From contig CAXXHG010000043.1 in NCBI GenBank assembly GCA_963666315.2, positions 352,001-416,000 of the forward strand: a stretch of DNA of 64,000 bases, in the 5' to 3' direction. This stretch comes from Candidatus Binatia bacterium. Its GTDB lineage: Bacteria; Desulfobacterota; Binatia; Bin18. This document shows, piece after piece, positions 1 to 12,739 of this stretch (the first letter of the stretch is position 1; the number at the start of each line of letters is the position of its first letter). The position numbers were made by a program, and so were the translations under genes. Under the pieces are notes generated by a model. It made no database searches. It had not been told where the DNA came from and worked only from the letters and a program-made list of their open reading frames with translations.

Positions 1-247
1 TGATGGAATAATGGGCCGCCCGGTTGAAGGCAACTAAAAATGCAAACACGATGGCCAACGCAGTAAACATCAGCTTGGTCGGACTGGAGTGGTCGAGATC
101 AACGTCCGGCAGCAGGCCGCCAATGGTGCCGACTGCGGATAATGTCACGACCTCTTGGGGATCGCTCATCCCAGCCCCCAAGCACACCGTTGCCAGCAGG
201 CCGCTGCCAACGGCCGCGACGGCGAGATGGGTTTTAAAATTAGCCAT
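1..247 (-). CDS. Membrane-bound metal-dependent hydrolase (YdjM-like), 3' end beyond window
   Basis: Manual translation from ATG at 247: MANFKTHLAVAAVGSGLLAT...GTIGGLLPDVDLDHS. The TH...LPDxD motif and hydrophobic segments fit the family. Not in the ORF track. Confidence 0.75.
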   Translation of the reverse strand, partial: MANFKTHLAVAAVGSGLLATVCLGAGMSDPQEVVTLSAVGTIGGLLPDVDLDHSSPTKLMFTALAIVFAFLVAFNRAAHYSI

Positions 248-253
248 GCACTT

Positions 254-1366
254 CTACCAACCCTGTACTGCTGTTCTCCGTTCGCCTGAGGTGGACTCAT
301 GCGTGGATAGGCGAGACTGGGGAGAAGAGACTGGAGACTTTCGGCTATGGGTCAATCGGTCGATCACACTTGTAAGAAACTCCGCATACACGGCTGCTTC
401 AGGATAGCCTGGAGCGCGCTCCAGGCCGGACTCTTGCTTGGATATCTCAAAATTATAGACGCGCAGCAGCCAGAGCGCCTCGTACAAGACAAAGGTCTCT
501 GACTGGACGATCTCAGTCCCACTTGGACCATAGCCGTCAACAAAGGCGCGAAATAAAGCGGGTTCGTGGCTGAGCTGTCCGCGGCCATCCTTGGCTGTCC
601 AATACTTCATTTTCACAAAATCGAGTGGAGCTGCATCCACGACTGCATTATCCCAGTCAATGACGGCAGTGAGATGCCCATCCTGCACCAAAATATTGCC
701 TGGGGAAAAATCGTTATGGATAAGACAAGGAGAGTAGGGAGTACTAGACGGAATCGAGATCGTTCCCAGAGCAGCAGTCAGAGAACGGCTCAGTCGGCCT
801 TGAACATCCGCCACTTCCTTGTCCAGCGCGGCTCGAAAGCGATCAGGCCAGTGTGCCGGTATTTTTCCAAGAGCTAAAAAATCGGCATAGAATGCCTCAA
901 ACTGTACGCTATGGATGCCGGCGAGTGCCTGCCCGGCCAAAAAATACAGCTGCGGCGTCGGCTGGTTCCAGAGTGGCTCGCCGTCGATCCACTCGTACAC
1001 AAAATAGGGATGCGGTAGACACTGCCGGGTCCAGTCAAAAGCTAATCCGTGAGGCTCGATGCCATTCCCACTTTGGCCCACACCCTGTTTCTCAGTAAGG
1101 ATGTGAGCCAGCGCGGTTGCTTTTTCCTCATCATTTTTTTCCCAATTGTCTGGATCAAGCAGCCAGCTCATGAACACTTCTTTGACGAGGTCAGGTTCAT
1201 AGCGATAGACGTGTTCCTGGGTGCGTATGCGCAGACCATATAAATGATCTCCCACCTCGATTTTAAGAATGGTATTGATATTGCCTAACAACGTTGCACA
1301 TACGCGCAGTGGCTGATCTCCACTAATCGGGGCAAATATCTGTCTCAGCTGCTGCTCAGTAATCAT
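254..1366 (-). CDS. Aminoglycoside phosphotransferase (APH/choline kinase-like) family protein
   Basis: Brenner motif HNDFSPGNIL and VIDWD Mg-binding motif. Confidence 0.85.
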   Translation of the reverse strand: MITEQQLRQIFAPISGDQPLRVCATLLGNINTILKIEVGDHLYGLRIRTQEHVYRYEPDLVKEVFMSWLLDPDNWEKNDEEKATALAHILTEKQGVGQSGNGIEPHGLAFDWTRQCLPHPYFVYEWIDGEPLWNQPTPQLYFLAGQALAGIHSVQFEAFYADFLALGKIPAHWPDRFRAALDKEVADVQGRLSRSLTAALGTISIPSSTPYSPCLIHNDFSPGNILVQDGHLTAVIDWDNAVVDAAPLDFVKMKYWTAKDGRGQLSHEPALFRAFVDGYGPSGTEIVQSETFVLYEALWLLRVYNFEISKQESGLERAPGYPEAAVYAEFLTSVIDRLTHSRKSPVSSPQSRLSTHESTSGERRTAVQGW

Positions 1367-1449
1367 GAGTCTCCTAACGCGAGTCTCTCAACGAATCTCT
1401 ACACGGTGCTCCAAAGACCTGCTTAATCGGGTTTGTTTATCGGACTTGT

Positions 1450-2616
1450 TTAATCAGCAACGGCGGCCAGGACGAGATCCGACAAGCGTTGGAAACGATC
1501 CATGCTGTACGATTCTTCTAAGGCCCCGGAGGTCAGACAGACAAAGGTCACATCACGCTCTGGATCGATCCAGAACAAGGTAGAACCCGCTCCGACCCCT
1601 CCAAAGGTGCCAGGCGAGGCCATGCTGCCAAGATACGTGGGACAAATTCCTGTTCCTCGCATAAAGAAGCCGAGTCCGAGAAAAGCGGGAAACTCGTCCC
1701 AGCCACGCATCTCTCTGGCATAGTTCCACAGATCATTGGGCTGCAAGCCGGTATGGTTTGTTGCCGCCAAGCGGACAATGGCAGGTGATAAAATCCGTGC
1801 ACCATCCAGCTCTCCACCCCGGCGGAGCATTTCAGCAAAGCGGAAGAGATCGCTCGCTGTTGCCACCCCACCGCCGCCAGGAATCTCGGCATCTGCCTGG
1901 AGCAGGGTATTAAAGCCTTCGATTACTTCCGGCGGAAACAGTCCTTCGCGGCGGTCGCGGACAACAATGGGGACTTTTCGCGCCGCAAGATCGGACCGTA
2001 CGCCGAGGGCCGTATCTTTCATGCCTAGGGGGGTAAAAATATCATCTGCGAGTATTTGCCGCAGTGAACGCTCTTCCCGGTCAAGACGTCGCACCACTTC
2101 ACCCAACACGGAGTACGCCGTGATCGGGCTATAACTCACTGTCTCTCCGGGTCTGGCATCAAGCCCTTGGGCGCAGATAGCAGCGACGACTGCTTCAAGG
2201 TTGCCCAGCAGCTCCTGCGGGACGGGGGGGGGGAAACCGGCCGACATGCCTGCCGTATGGGTAAGGAGCTGAGCAATGGTGACACGGTGTTTTCCCTTGC
2301 TGGCAAACTCGGGAATGATTTCGGCAACCCGTGTAGTCAGTGTCAATTCGCCCCGATCAACACACGAAAAGATAGCGGTTGCTGTAATCGGCTTGGTGAC
2401 GGAGAACAGACAAAATACATCGTCCGTTCGCATAGTCCGCCCACTGGCCCGTTCGGCAAAACCAATCGCCTCATGCAGTCCTACCTTACCGCCCCGGGCG
2501 ACAATAACGACCGCCCCGTCGTATTGCTCCCGTTCAATATCGCTCTTGATGCTGGTAACGAGATGATCGATCCGCCTTGGGTCGAACCCACATTCTGAAG
2601 GGTGAACTGTTTCCAT
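1450..2616 (-). CDS. Serine hydrolase, beta-lactamase class C/esterase family
   Basis: SxxK (FSVTK), LLTHTAG, YS motif, C-terminal WIDPERD. Confidence 0.9.
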   Translation of the reverse strand: METVHPSECGFDPRRIDHLVTSIKSDIEREQYDGAVVIVARGGKVGLHEAIGFAERASGRTMRTDDVFCLFSVTKPITATAIFSCVDRGELTLTTRVAEIIPEFASKGKHRVTIAQLLTHTAGMSAGFPPPVPQELLGNLEAVVAAICAQGLDARPGETVSYSPITAYSVLGEVVRRLDREERSLRQILADDIFTPLGMKDTALGVRSDLAARKVPIVVRDRREGLFPPEVIEGFNTLLQADAEIPGGGGVATASDLFRFAEMLRRGGELDGARILSPAIVRLAATNHTGLQPNDLWNYAREMRGWDEFPAFLGLGFFMRGTGICPTYLGSMASPGTFGGVGAGSTLFWIDPERDVTFVCLTSGALEESYSMDRFQRLSDLVLAAVAD

Positions 2617-2830
2617 GCGCCTGCCCCCTTATGGGATACTGGTCAGGAGCATAGCGCTATGTATGCCAAGGAGTAAAGAGAAAGGTGGAACGGAGAAGGT
2701 GGAGAACCGCTTCTTACGATGATCCAGGCAGGCTTGTACGATAATTGCCGCCTTTGTGCAAAGATGGAGGCTCTTATACAGAGAGTCGTCACCTCTCTAT
2801 ACAGAACAGAGATGAAGACGGGGAGAGACA

Positions 2831-4765
2831 ATGGCTGACACAAAAATTGCCGCCTGTGGTTCATGGAAATCGCCCATTACCTCAGATCTCATTGTTGCTG
2901 GGACGGTGGGGTTGGGACAGGTCCGGCTGGACGGGGAAGATGTGTATTGGATTGAACAGCGTCCGACAGAAGGCGGACGGAATGTGGTGGTTCGGCGGAC
3001 GCCGGATGGCAAGATAACCGATAGAACTCCGTCGCCGTTTAATGCTCGGACACGAGTCCATGAGTACGGCGGCGGGGCGTATGTGGTACACCATGGGGTG
3101 ATCTATTTCTCCAATTTTGCGGACCAACGCGTGTACTGCCTGGTCGGGCAGGTAGAACCACAAGCACTGACGTCTGGGGCAGCGTTGCGCTATGCGGACG
3201 CTGTTGTAGATTCAAGTCGCAATCGCTTGATTTGCGTGCGCGAAGATCACCGCACTGAGGGGCAAGAAGCGCTGAATACGCTGGTGAGTATTGACCTGAC
3301 GAATGGGGAAGAGACCGTCTTGGTTGCTGGGAATGATTTCTACTCAAACCCACGCCTGAGCCCTGATGGCTCACAGCTCGCCTGGCTGACCTGGAAACAT
3401 CCGAATATGCCGTGGGATGGCACAGAGCTATGGGTTGGTAAAATCCAGGCCGATGGTGCACTAGCCGAAATTACTTATATTGCTGGTGGGGACACAGAAT
3501 CTGTCTTTCAGCCGGAATGGTCTCCTTTTGGTATTTTGTATTTTATCTCTGACCGCTCCGGCTGGTGGAATCTGTACCGGCTGCGTAACGGCAATATTGA
3601 GGCATTGTGTGAAAAAGACGCCGACTTCGGCCGCGCCCAGTGGGTGTTTGGCATGGGGACGTATGCCTTTGCGTCAGCCAGCCAGATCATCTGTACCTAC
3701 ACTGAAAACGGCACCTGGTATATGGCTAGCCTCGATCCTGGGACACTCAAATTCGACCCTATTGCACTGCCGTATACCGAATTAGGTGATGTCCACATTC
3801 AATCAGGAAACGCCTTCTTCCTGGCTGGATCGCCGACCGAACCGATTTCTATCGTCCGGCTGGATCTGGAAAAACAGCACGCGATTGTCCTGCGTCGCTC
3901 CAGTGAGCTCACTCTTGCGCCAGGCTGTCTCTCCGCACCTCAAGCGGTCGAGTTCCCGACTGAGCACGGCCGGACTGCCTACGGGCTTTTTTACCCGCCG
4001 CAGAATACTGACTTTTCGGCGCCGGCAGATGAACGCCCACCGCTGGTAGTGAAAAGTCATGGCGGGCCGACGGCGGCCGCTCAGACTGCTTGTGATCTGC
4101 GTATCCAATACTGGACGAGTCGTGGGTTTGCCGTCCTCGATGTGAACTATGGTGGCAGTAGTGGCTATGGCCGTGCCTATCGGCAACGTCTGAACGGACA
4201 GTGGGGCATTGTTGATGTTGACGACTGTGTGAACGGTGCACACTTCCTTGTCGAGTGCGGCGATGTGGATGGCACGCGTCTCGCCATCACCGGGGGCAGT
4301 GCTGGGGGATATACGACGTTATGTGCGCTGACTTTCCGTGACACTTTTCAGGCTGGGGCGAGTCATTATGGTATTAGCGATCTTGAAGCCCTGGCCCACG
4401 ATACGCACAAGTTTGAATCTCACTATGAAGAAAGCCTCGTCGGCCCATACCCGGAACGACAAGACCTGTACCGGGAGCGTTCCCCCATTCACTTTACGCA
4501 TCAGCTCTCCTGTCCATTGATTATCTTTCAAGGCTTGGGAGATAAGATTGTACCACCCAACCAGGCAGAGCTTATGGTCTCCGCGCTGCGTGCAAAAGGG
4601 CTAGCGGTCGCCTATGTGCCGTTTGAGGGTGAACAGCATGGTTTTCGCAAAGCGGAAAATATCAAACGTGCGCTCGATGGCGAGCTATATTTTTACTCTC
4701 GAATCTTTAATTTTACGCTTGCTGATGCAGTTGAACCTGTCGCGATTGAAAATCTGCCAGATTGA
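2831..4765 (+). CDS. S9 family peptidase (prolyl oligopeptidase/acylaminoacyl peptidase)
   Basis: HGGPT, GGSAGG nucleophile, DKIVPP, EQHGF; N-terminal propeller. Confidence 0.92.
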   Translation: MADTKIAACGSWKSPITSDLIVAGTVGLGQVRLDGEDVYWIEQRPTEGGRNVVVRRTPDGKITDRTPSPFNARTRVHEYGGGAYVVHHGVIYFSNFADQRVYCLVGQVEPQALTSGAALRYADAVVDSSRNRLICVREDHRTEGQEALNTLVSIDLTNGEETVLVAGNDFYSNPRLSPDGSQLAWLTWKHPNMPWDGTELWVGKIQADGALAEITYIAGGDTESVFQPEWSPFGILYFISDRSGWWNLYRLRNGNIEALCEKDADFGRAQWVFGMGTYAFASASQIICTYTENGTWYMASLDPGTLKFDPIALPYTELGDVHIQSGNAFFLAGSPTEPISIVRLDLEKQHAIVLRRSSELTLAPGCLSAPQAVEFPTEHGRTAYGLFYPPQNTDFSAPADERPPLVVKSHGGPTAAAQTACDLRIQYWTSRGFAVLDVNYGGSSGYGRAYRQRLNGQWGIVDVDDCVNGAHFLVECGDVDGTRLAITGGSAGGYTTLCALTFRDTFQAGASHYGISDLEALAHDTHKFESHYEESLVGPYPERQDLYRERSPIHFTHQLSCPLIIFQGLGDKIVPPNQAELMVSALRAKGLAVAYVPFEGEQHGFRKAENIKRALDGELYFYSRIFNFTLADAVEPVAIENLPD

Positions 4766-4845
4766 AAAACGGTACACTCTTTCAAACCGGCTTGCGTTGG
4801 TCTATTGGCACAGAAAGGCTTTTCACACAAGGAGGCAGCGCGATG

Positions 4846-6399
4846 TTACCTCCTCAACGGCTTTTCCAACGGCATAATCCACTCTGCGTGCCCCCACCAA
4901 GGATACGCGACCTGGGTGAGATCAACTGCTGGGTCAATAAGATACTGTGCTTCGCGTCCATTCAGCGCAGCGGTGATCCGTGCACGAATCTCAACATTGC
5001 CATAGCCGTCCAGCTGTAGTCGCTGTTCCAAGTAATGGGCCAGCTGCACAATCATATGCGGGCGAGAGAGCATGTGGATCAGTTGTATCCGCGTCAGGTA
5101 CCGGCGGGGGTTGAGTTCCCATTCGCTTCCGGTTGTAGGGTCAGTTACTACAAAAAAGCCTTCGGCCTCTTTTTGACGCAGCATCATATGCCAGGCAAAA
5201 TTATGCCCTTCCTCCGTCCAGTGGACATTGCCCGGAATCATAAAATGGCGAAAGGGCAGAAGGAGTTGAATTGCAACCCAAAGGCCGAGGAAAACGAGGG
5301 TCGCTTGCTGAAGACCGGTCAAACGTATTAAGGGGGGCGCTTGCGCCTGTGGCACTGGTGCCCGTGGCGCTGGTTTTTTCTGAAACGGCTCATCAAGATG
5401 ATACGCCATGACTCCGACGCCGAGCGCACCGATACCCGCTCGCACCCAGGAGAACTGCCAGGTAATTGCCCCGCTCAAGAGACCAAGTAGGCTGCCAAAA
5501 GTCAGACGCTGAACCCGGCGAGAGTAGCCCCTTTGGACATCGTGTAGAACCCGGCGTGGCCAGTCGGGTGCGAAGAATATGGGCGTGGCGGCAATCATCA
5601 GCCAGGCGAAAATACCAACCCCGAACATGCGCACATTCGTAAAGTGAAAAAACAGTGCCACCGCATAACAAAATACGCGCGTACGACGGTTGAGCAGAAA
5701 AAAGACTGCGGTCAGATCAAACAGCAACGATCCATACGTCATGCCCCAGACGACACTCTCGTAGTTGAAAAGTGGACCGATGACGGGGATCGCCGCCCGT
5801 TCGGCCAGCCAGGTGCGGAGCGGCTCGCCTTGCAGCCAGTCGGCATTGATCTTGGCTAAGCCGCCAAAGAAATATGGGACGCCAATTTGAAATCGCAGCA
5901 GCCACAGCGCCCAGGCGGGAACCGTGTTGCTGCGTCTGTCCGATTTACGCAAGACATCGAGTGAAAAGGTGCACTGCGCTGGTACAAAGATCATGAGAAA
6001 AGAGAGTAGGCAGACCAGGTAGAGGTGATTGATATACAGCGCCTTCTCTAACAGAAACAGATACGTCCAAAGAAGAAAGAAGAGGCTTGCACTCAGCCGA
6101 TAAAAAAGTCCGCAGGCCGCACACGCCGCGAGCAGTCCCAGAGCATAGATGTGGAGGGTCATCCACTCTACCGGCCAGGGATGAACAAAATCAAACGGCC
6201 AGTACGTGAAATAAAACTCTTTATCTGAGTAATATAGGCCGACCATATTCTTGTGGGTGAACTCGGAGGCCTCCCAGACCATGATGGCGTAGAAAACGAT
6301 TCGAAAGTAAACGAGGCTAGCGGCATCTACAGGAGTGAAGAGTGCCGTTACGATCCGTTGGTGGCGCGGTTGTTGATTGGAGCGTGAGTTACTTTGCAT
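4846..6399 (-). CDS. HTTM domain / vitamin K-dependent gamma-carboxylase-like membrane protein
   Basis: LYINHLYL, YFFGGLAKINADWLQG, WTEEGHNFAWHMML, LNGR..QYLIDPAVDL. Confidence 0.88.
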   Translation of the reverse strand: MQSNSRSNQQPRHQRIVTALFTPVDAASLVYFRIVFYAIMVWEASEFTHKNMVGLYYSDKEFYFTYWPFDFVHPWPVEWMTLHIYALGLLAACAACGLFYRLSASLFFLLWTYLFLLEKALYINHLYLVCLLSFLMIFVPAQCTFSLDVLRKSDRRSNTVPAWALWLLRFQIGVPYFFGGLAKINADWLQGEPLRTWLAERAAIPVIGPLFNYESVVWGMTYGSLLFDLTAVFFLLNRRTRVFCYAVALFFHFTNVRMFGVGIFAWLMIAATPIFFAPDWPRRVLHDVQRGYSRRVQRLTFGSLLGLLSGAITWQFSWVRAGIGALGVGVMAYHLDEPFQKKPAPRAPVPQAQAPPLIRLTGLQQATLVFLGLWVAIQLLLPFRHFMIPGNVHWTEEGHNFAWHMMLRQKEAEGFFVVTDPTTGSEWELNPRRYLTRIQLIHMLSRPHMIVQLAHYLEQRLQLDGYGNVEIRARITAALNGREAQYLIDPAVDLTQVAYPWWGHAEWIMPLEKPLRR

Positions 6400-6480
6400 G
6401 AGGAAGTGGATCGTCCTCCGACTGGCTCAGGACGATCGAGAGCAGAGACAGGCAGGTATCTAGGTGCGGAACGCCGTTTC

Positions 6481-7296
6481 CTATTTCAGGATGAATTCAA
6501 CCACTGCCCCACCACTCCCGTATAAGGGTCCGTACGCGTGGACGTTTGCGCTCTTGAACGTGCCGCCCAGTGCGCCCAACACCCAGGCCGCATGCTTAAA
6601 GCCCATGTCTGCCTTGCCTTGGGTGGCAAAACCGGGAAGTGCCGCATCTAGCCCTTTGACATCCCCGCTCGTCATGAGCTTGAGAATCTTTTTATTCCAG
6701 CGGTCGTATTTGGGCGCAGCGATTTTATCTTTCGCAATATCAATGACGCCACGAAAGAATGCACCCGAAAAATTCCCTACCCCAACAACGGCTACACGCT
6801 TCTTCTGTTTACTGGCTTGGGCTGCAGCCGTGCGGCCGAGTTTCTCGGTCAGAGCAAAGTCGTGATACAGATTGTTTGAAGCCAGGACCATGGGAATCTT
6901 GCCGCCTGGATTGAGAAAGTTGGTTGCTACAATAGTCCCTGTATCAATGGGAAAACTGTCATAATTGACGGCTTTCGACTTGACCCCGATTTTGCTCGTT
7001 GCCGTCACACACGCGTTTGCCAGCTTGGTGTCAATCTTGAGGTCGTAGGGCAGCTCGCCGTATTCATGCCAATTTTCGTCAACGTGCAGCCCGGCCACGC
7101 GTGGCCGCGTCTGCCACAGTTGGTCTAAGACCGCGATCCACTGGGTCGAATACAGCAGGATCACATGTGGTTTTGATGCGACGAGCGCCTCGCCTGCGGC
7201 TTCCATGCCCGCAGCGATCTTGCCCCAGGGTTTGTTGTCACGTCTGACATACGGGAGCGGCGAGCCCGGCACCAAAAAGGCGGAAACTACAGCCAT
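6481..7296 (-). CDS. amnA: 2-aminophenol 1,6-dioxygenase alpha subunit (LigB-type extradiol family, non-catalytic)
   Basis: Start reassigned to MAVVSAFLVPGSPLP (271 aa); YSTQW.AVLDQLWQ and FPIDTGTI motifs; directly follows the beta subunit. Confidence 0.85.
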   Translation of the reverse strand: MAVVSAFLVPGSPLPYVRRDNKPWGKIAAGMEAAGEALVASKPHVILLYSTQWIAVLDQLWQTRPRVAGLHVDENWHEYGELPYDLKIDTKLANACVTATSKIGVKSKAVNYDSFPIDTGTIVATNFLNPGGKIPMVLASNNLYHDFALTEKLGRTAAAQASKQKKRVAVVGVGNFSGAFFRGVIDIAKDKIAAPKYDRWNKKILKLMTSGDVKGLDAALPGFATQGKADMGFKHAAWVLGALGGTFKSANVHAYGPLYGSGGAVVEFILK

Positions 7297-7319
7297 CGTA
7301 TCGCCCTTCAAGTATGCGG

Positions 7320-8282
<963 letters not shown>

Positions 8283-8296
8283 TCAGAAACTGCTTC

Positions 8297-9763
8297 TTAC
8301 AGCTTGAGACATACGTTGCGCAATTCAGTGTAAAATTCGAGCGAATGGGCGCCACCTTCGCGCCCAATACCGGATTGTTTTGCACCGCCAAAGGGTGTAC
8401 GCAGGTCGCGTAAAAACCAACAGTTTACCCAAGTAATCCCCACATGCACCTGGCGTGCAACCCGGTGGGCTCGCGCCGCGTTTTGAGTCCAAATGGAGGT
8501 CGCTAAGCCATACGGTGTGTCATTGGCCAAACGAACGGCTTCGTCTTCAGTGTCAAACGGTTGCACGTGGCAACATGGACCAAAGATTTCTTCTCGCACA
8601 ACAGCCGAACTTTCCGCTAGCCCGGTCCAGATCGTTGGTTCGACCCACGCCCCGCCGGCATAGGCAGCAGGCATATCAGGAATCCCGCCCCCGGTGACGA
8701 TTGTTGCGCCGTCGTCTTTGGCCTTTTCGTAATACGAGAGTACTTTGCGGCGATGCTCCAAACTAATCAATGGTCCCATAGTGGTGGATTTTTCATGCGG
8801 GTCGCCAAGCGTGAGCGACTCTGCTTGCGCTTGTAAGGCTGCTAGAAAATTATCAAAGATGGGCCGCTCAACATACACTCGTTCTGTGCCCAGGCACACC
8901 TGGCCGGTATTGGCAAAACAGGCCCGGCCTATGCCTTCGATGGTCGCGTCAAGATCGCAGTCGGCAAAGATGATAGCCGGGTTCTTGCCGCCGAGTTCAA
9001 ACGAGACGTCGCGTACGCCGACTGCCGCGTTCTTCATAATGGCTACGCCCGTGATTGTCTCGCCAGTAAAGGTAATCGCATCAACGCCGGGATGACTGAC
9101 CAGAAATTCCCCTGCCGAGTGAGGACCAAAGCCATGTACGACATTATAGACACCTTTTGGCACGCCGGCTTCATTCATCACCTCACCAAGCAGTGTGGCT
9201 GTACTCGGCGTTTCCTCCGAGGGTTTGACCACAACTGCGTTGCCGCATGCTAAGGCCGGCCCAACCTTCCAGGTCATGAGTAACAGTGGCAGGTTCCACG
9301 GGCACACAACGGCCACCACGCCTTTCGGGACGCGCAGGCTATAATTAATGGCGCCCGTCCCATCCGGCGTTGGTGTGTCAAAATACTCACCAGAGACATT
9401 CTTGACGACATCGGCAAAGATGCGGAAGTTGGCCGCACCACGCGGAATGTCAATATGGGAAGCCAAGCTGACCGGCTTGCCCGTGTCTGCGACCTCGGCT
9501 TCAAGGAATTGGTCGAAGCGCTGCTCGATGCCTGTGGCAACGGCGTACAATATTTGTGTCCGCTCTGCGAGCGCCATATTGCGCCAGGGTCCGCTGAGTG
9601 CCGCGTTGGCCGCTTGCACGGCTGCATGCACGTCAGCTTGGTTGGCCTCACTCACTCGGCTGATCAACGCATTATCTATCGGTCGGCGATTCTCGAAAGT
9701 TTTGCCGCTCGTCCCCTCGGTGTAAGCACCATCGATGAAGTGCTGAGTTGTGCGCTCGCTCAT
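8297..9763 (-). CDS. amnC: 2-aminomuconic/2-hydroxymuconic semialdehyde dehydrogenase
   Basis: ALDH motifs PWNLP, FELGGKN, GQVCLG, EEIFGP, WFLRDLRTPFGG; adjacent to amnBA. Confidence 0.85.
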   Translation of the reverse strand: MSERTTQHFIDGAYTEGTSGKTFENRRPIDNALISRVSEANQADVHAAVQAANAALSGPWRNMALAERTQILYAVATGIEQRFDQFLEAEVADTGKPVSLASHIDIPRGAANFRIFADVVKNVSGEYFDTPTPDGTGAINYSLRVPKGVVAVVCPWNLPLLLMTWKVGPALACGNAVVVKPSEETPSTATLLGEVMNEAGVPKGVYNVVHGFGPHSAGEFLVSHPGVDAITFTGETITGVAIMKNAAVGVRDVSFELGGKNPAIIFADCDLDATIEGIGRACFANTGQVCLGTERVYVERPIFDNFLAALQAQAESLTLGDPHEKSTTMGPLISLEHRRKVLSYYEKAKDDGATIVTGGGIPDMPAAYAGGAWVEPTIWTGLAESSAVVREEIFGPCCHVQPFDTEDEAVRLANDTPYGLATSIWTQNAARAHRVARQVHVGITWVNCWFLRDLRTPFGGAKQSGIGREGGAHSLEFYTELRNVCLKL

Positions 9764-9848
9764 GTGCTGAAGCCCTTGTCCGACTCCTGAGTGACCTTGA
9801 TAGAGTGCCGCCAGTCAGGCCTGAATGTATACCACACAATAGACCAGA

Positions 9849-10510
9849 TCAGTCATCTACCGAGATAATTTTTTTACGGATCGAATATTTGACCAGACCC
9901 GGCAGCGTATGAATATCGAGCTTTTTCATCAGATTGTGCCGATGCGTTTCCACCGTACGCGGGCTGGCGGTCAGTCGTTGGGCAATTGCTTTGCTGCTGA
10001 GGCCCTCGGTCAAGAGTTGTAAGACCTCGCGTTCTTTAGGCGTGAGTGGATCTTCTATGAGCCGGGCCGGACTGGATGGACGCTTGAGATACGATCGGAC
10101 GACTGAGCGAGAGATAGCCGGACTCAAATATATATTCCCAGACAATGCTGCTTCAACCGCATCGAGTAACTCTTTGCCCGCTCCTTGCTTGACCACATAG
10201 CCTGCGGCACCGGCCTCAAGGGCGCGGTTGACATAGGCTTCATCCGTATGGACAGATAGAACAAAGACCTGGACGCGTTCATGCTTTGCCCGAATGCGGC
10301 CTAGGGCTTCGTTGCCATTCATCCCTGGAATATTGAGGTCCATGACCACAATGTCAGGCCGTAGCGCGTCGGTTTTTCTATGGCTTCGTGGCCGCTTGCA
10401 GCCTCACCGATAACGGTGACGCCTTTGCGTTGGGACAGGATCGTCCGGCATTCCTGACGCACGACGCTATGGTCATCGACCAGGAGGACGTTTATGTTTT
10501 TCTCGCTCAC
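9849..10510 (-). pseudogene. NarL/LuxR-family response regulator, frameshifted
   Basis: Receiver N-terminus (LLVDDH) in 10319..10510 and the remainder plus HTH in 9849..10349. One A is missing in the A5 run near 10372-10376 (could be a homopolymer sequencing error). Confidence 0.8.
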
Positions 10511-12280
10511 TGCGGTGCTCCTGTTGTGTCACGAGCGGGTGGTGCTGGAACGCAAGATCGCGCACTTCATCAATTGCGTTCTCAAGGAGAGTATGGATCT
10601 GGGTCATAATTTCGTCATATTGCAGCGCTGTCGACAGGGTGCGCCGCTCTGCCAGCGCGTCCTCGAGACGCTGGTTGGTCTCCTGAAGTTTCTTTTCTGC
10701 TCGTTTCCGTTGGGTGATATCACGAGCAATCCCAACCAAACGGTAGACACGATCTGAGGCGTCGCGAATCGGAGCCAGTACCATTTGTGCAACCCGATGC
10801 CCTATGCCCCCTGCGGAAGATCGACTTCTTCCTCGTAGCGCAGAGCTTCTCCCGACTCAAGGCAGGCCGTGTAGCGCTCAGTGATGTGGCTTGCCGTCTC
10901 GGATGAAAAACACTCTGCGGGCGTTTTGCCGCGCACCTCTTCGCTAGAAAGGCCGGTTAGTGCCTGTTGGGGCGGATTGAATTCCTCATACACGAAGGTT
11001 CCATCTGCATTGACCCCAACCAGAAAGATAGGCTCTACCGTATTGTGAAATATGCCTGCATAGCGTGCTTCACTAGCCCGCAGCGCGTCTTCGGCCTGTC
11101 TGCTTTGAGTGATATCGCGAATAAAAGCAAACCCGAATGCTTCCCCTCCAAACTCGAAATAGTTCATCGAGACTTCGACAGGAAAGAGATGTCCGTTCTT
11201 CCTGCGATGGTGTGTCTCAATCACCAGAGTCTTCTGCTGCTGTACCTCCTGCCAGCGTTTCGACCACATCTCAGGAGAGTCGTCAGGGGCCAAGCTGAAA
11301 ATTCGCATAGACAGCAGCTCGGAATGGGAATAGCCATGCTGCTGACACAGAGTATCGTTCATAGCCAGAATGCGCCCTTGGATGTCAAAACGCAGCATAC
11401 CCTCTGCGGCGTTCTGGACGGCAAAACGGGTAAACTGGAGGTCACGTTCCATCTGTTTACGGGCGGTAATATCGGTGTGGGTGCCCACGATACGGAGGGG
11501 TTCTCCGGTTGCTGTCCGGGTCAGCACCTTACCCCGATCCAAGATCCACTTATACGTCCCATCCTTACACCGGAGGCGGTGCTCGCTGATATACTGCGCA
11601 GTCTTCCCCCCAAGATGAGTGTTGAGCAGGAGTAGGACGCGGTCTCGATCGGCAGGGTGAATACGCGTTTCCCACGCACTGTAGCTAGCCTCAAGTTCAT
11701 CCTCTGCATACCCGAGCATGGTCTTCCAGCGCTTGGAGAAGAAAAGGCTGTTTGCTTTTTGGTCCCAATCCCAGACACCGTCATCATTTCCGGCAAGCGC
11801 ATACTGCCAGCGTTGTTCGCTGTCCTGGAGTTGCTTTTCTATCCGCTTGCGCTCCGTGATGTTTTGGGCAGTGCCCAAGACGACTTTGACCGCACCAACA
11901 GGAGTGCGGCTGAAGACGGTCTCCCGACTCTGTAACCAGCGCCATTCCCCATCTGCATGACGCATCCGATACTCATACTCCCGGACTTCCCCATCGGCCA
12001 TGTCTCTCAGTTGCTCGTGCTTTGTAGTCCCGAGCATGTCATCCGGATGGAGCAATCGGGCTGCCATCTCTGACCCCATCAGCGCAATGTCTTCAGGTGT
12101 ATAACCGAGGATCGCGCTGACCTGCTTGTTGACATACACGTTGCGCTGCTTGGTGTAATCACACAGATACAAAATCATTGGGATTGTATCCGCGATTTTT
12201 TCGATAAAATATTGCCTCTCTCTTAAGGCTTCTTCCGCCTCTTTCGTATCCGTAATATCGGTGAGGAATTCCCGTCGGAG
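10473..12280 (-). pseudogene. Multi-PAS sensor kinase remnant (no kinase domain)
   Basis: Four PAS/PAC repeats (LHPDD, WDWD, DITxRK). The frame extends upstream of 12178 (TDITDTKEAEEAL). An 8-bp insertion near 10800-10807 creates a stop. HisKA/HATPase are absent. Confidence 0.75.
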
Positions 12281-12739
12281 TTGAAAACGGCTGCACGTAA
12301 GAAAGGCTGTGTTCTACGCACTGCCCGTCTCTTCACGGTCTTGCTGGTTCACCTCATAGAAAATACTCTAATGTTCGTTGCGCTTTCGGTGTGAGCGCGC
12401 TCAAGAGTTCTCTTTCGTCCAAGTCAGATGCCGCTGTCTGCTCAGTGGCAGAGATGTCGGCCTGCCTCAGTGTTGCGCCGATGTTCCGCAGGATCGATTC
12501 TAAAAACTGGATGCGAGTTCGGAGCTCCTCTTCCGTCTCTCTCGTCATATAGTTGCTCCAGTTGCTCTTGGCTAGGCTTGGTATAGGGGTGCTGTCTCGC
12601 TCGAACGAATTGGGCTGACGAGGAGAGCAGACACGCTCCAGGTGAAGCGCTCCTATTAGCCTGCTGAAAATAGAGTGTCGTACTATTCATCTCGCCTGAG
12701 GGAAACCGGGGCTATCCCGTGCCCGCATGAACCGAGATG

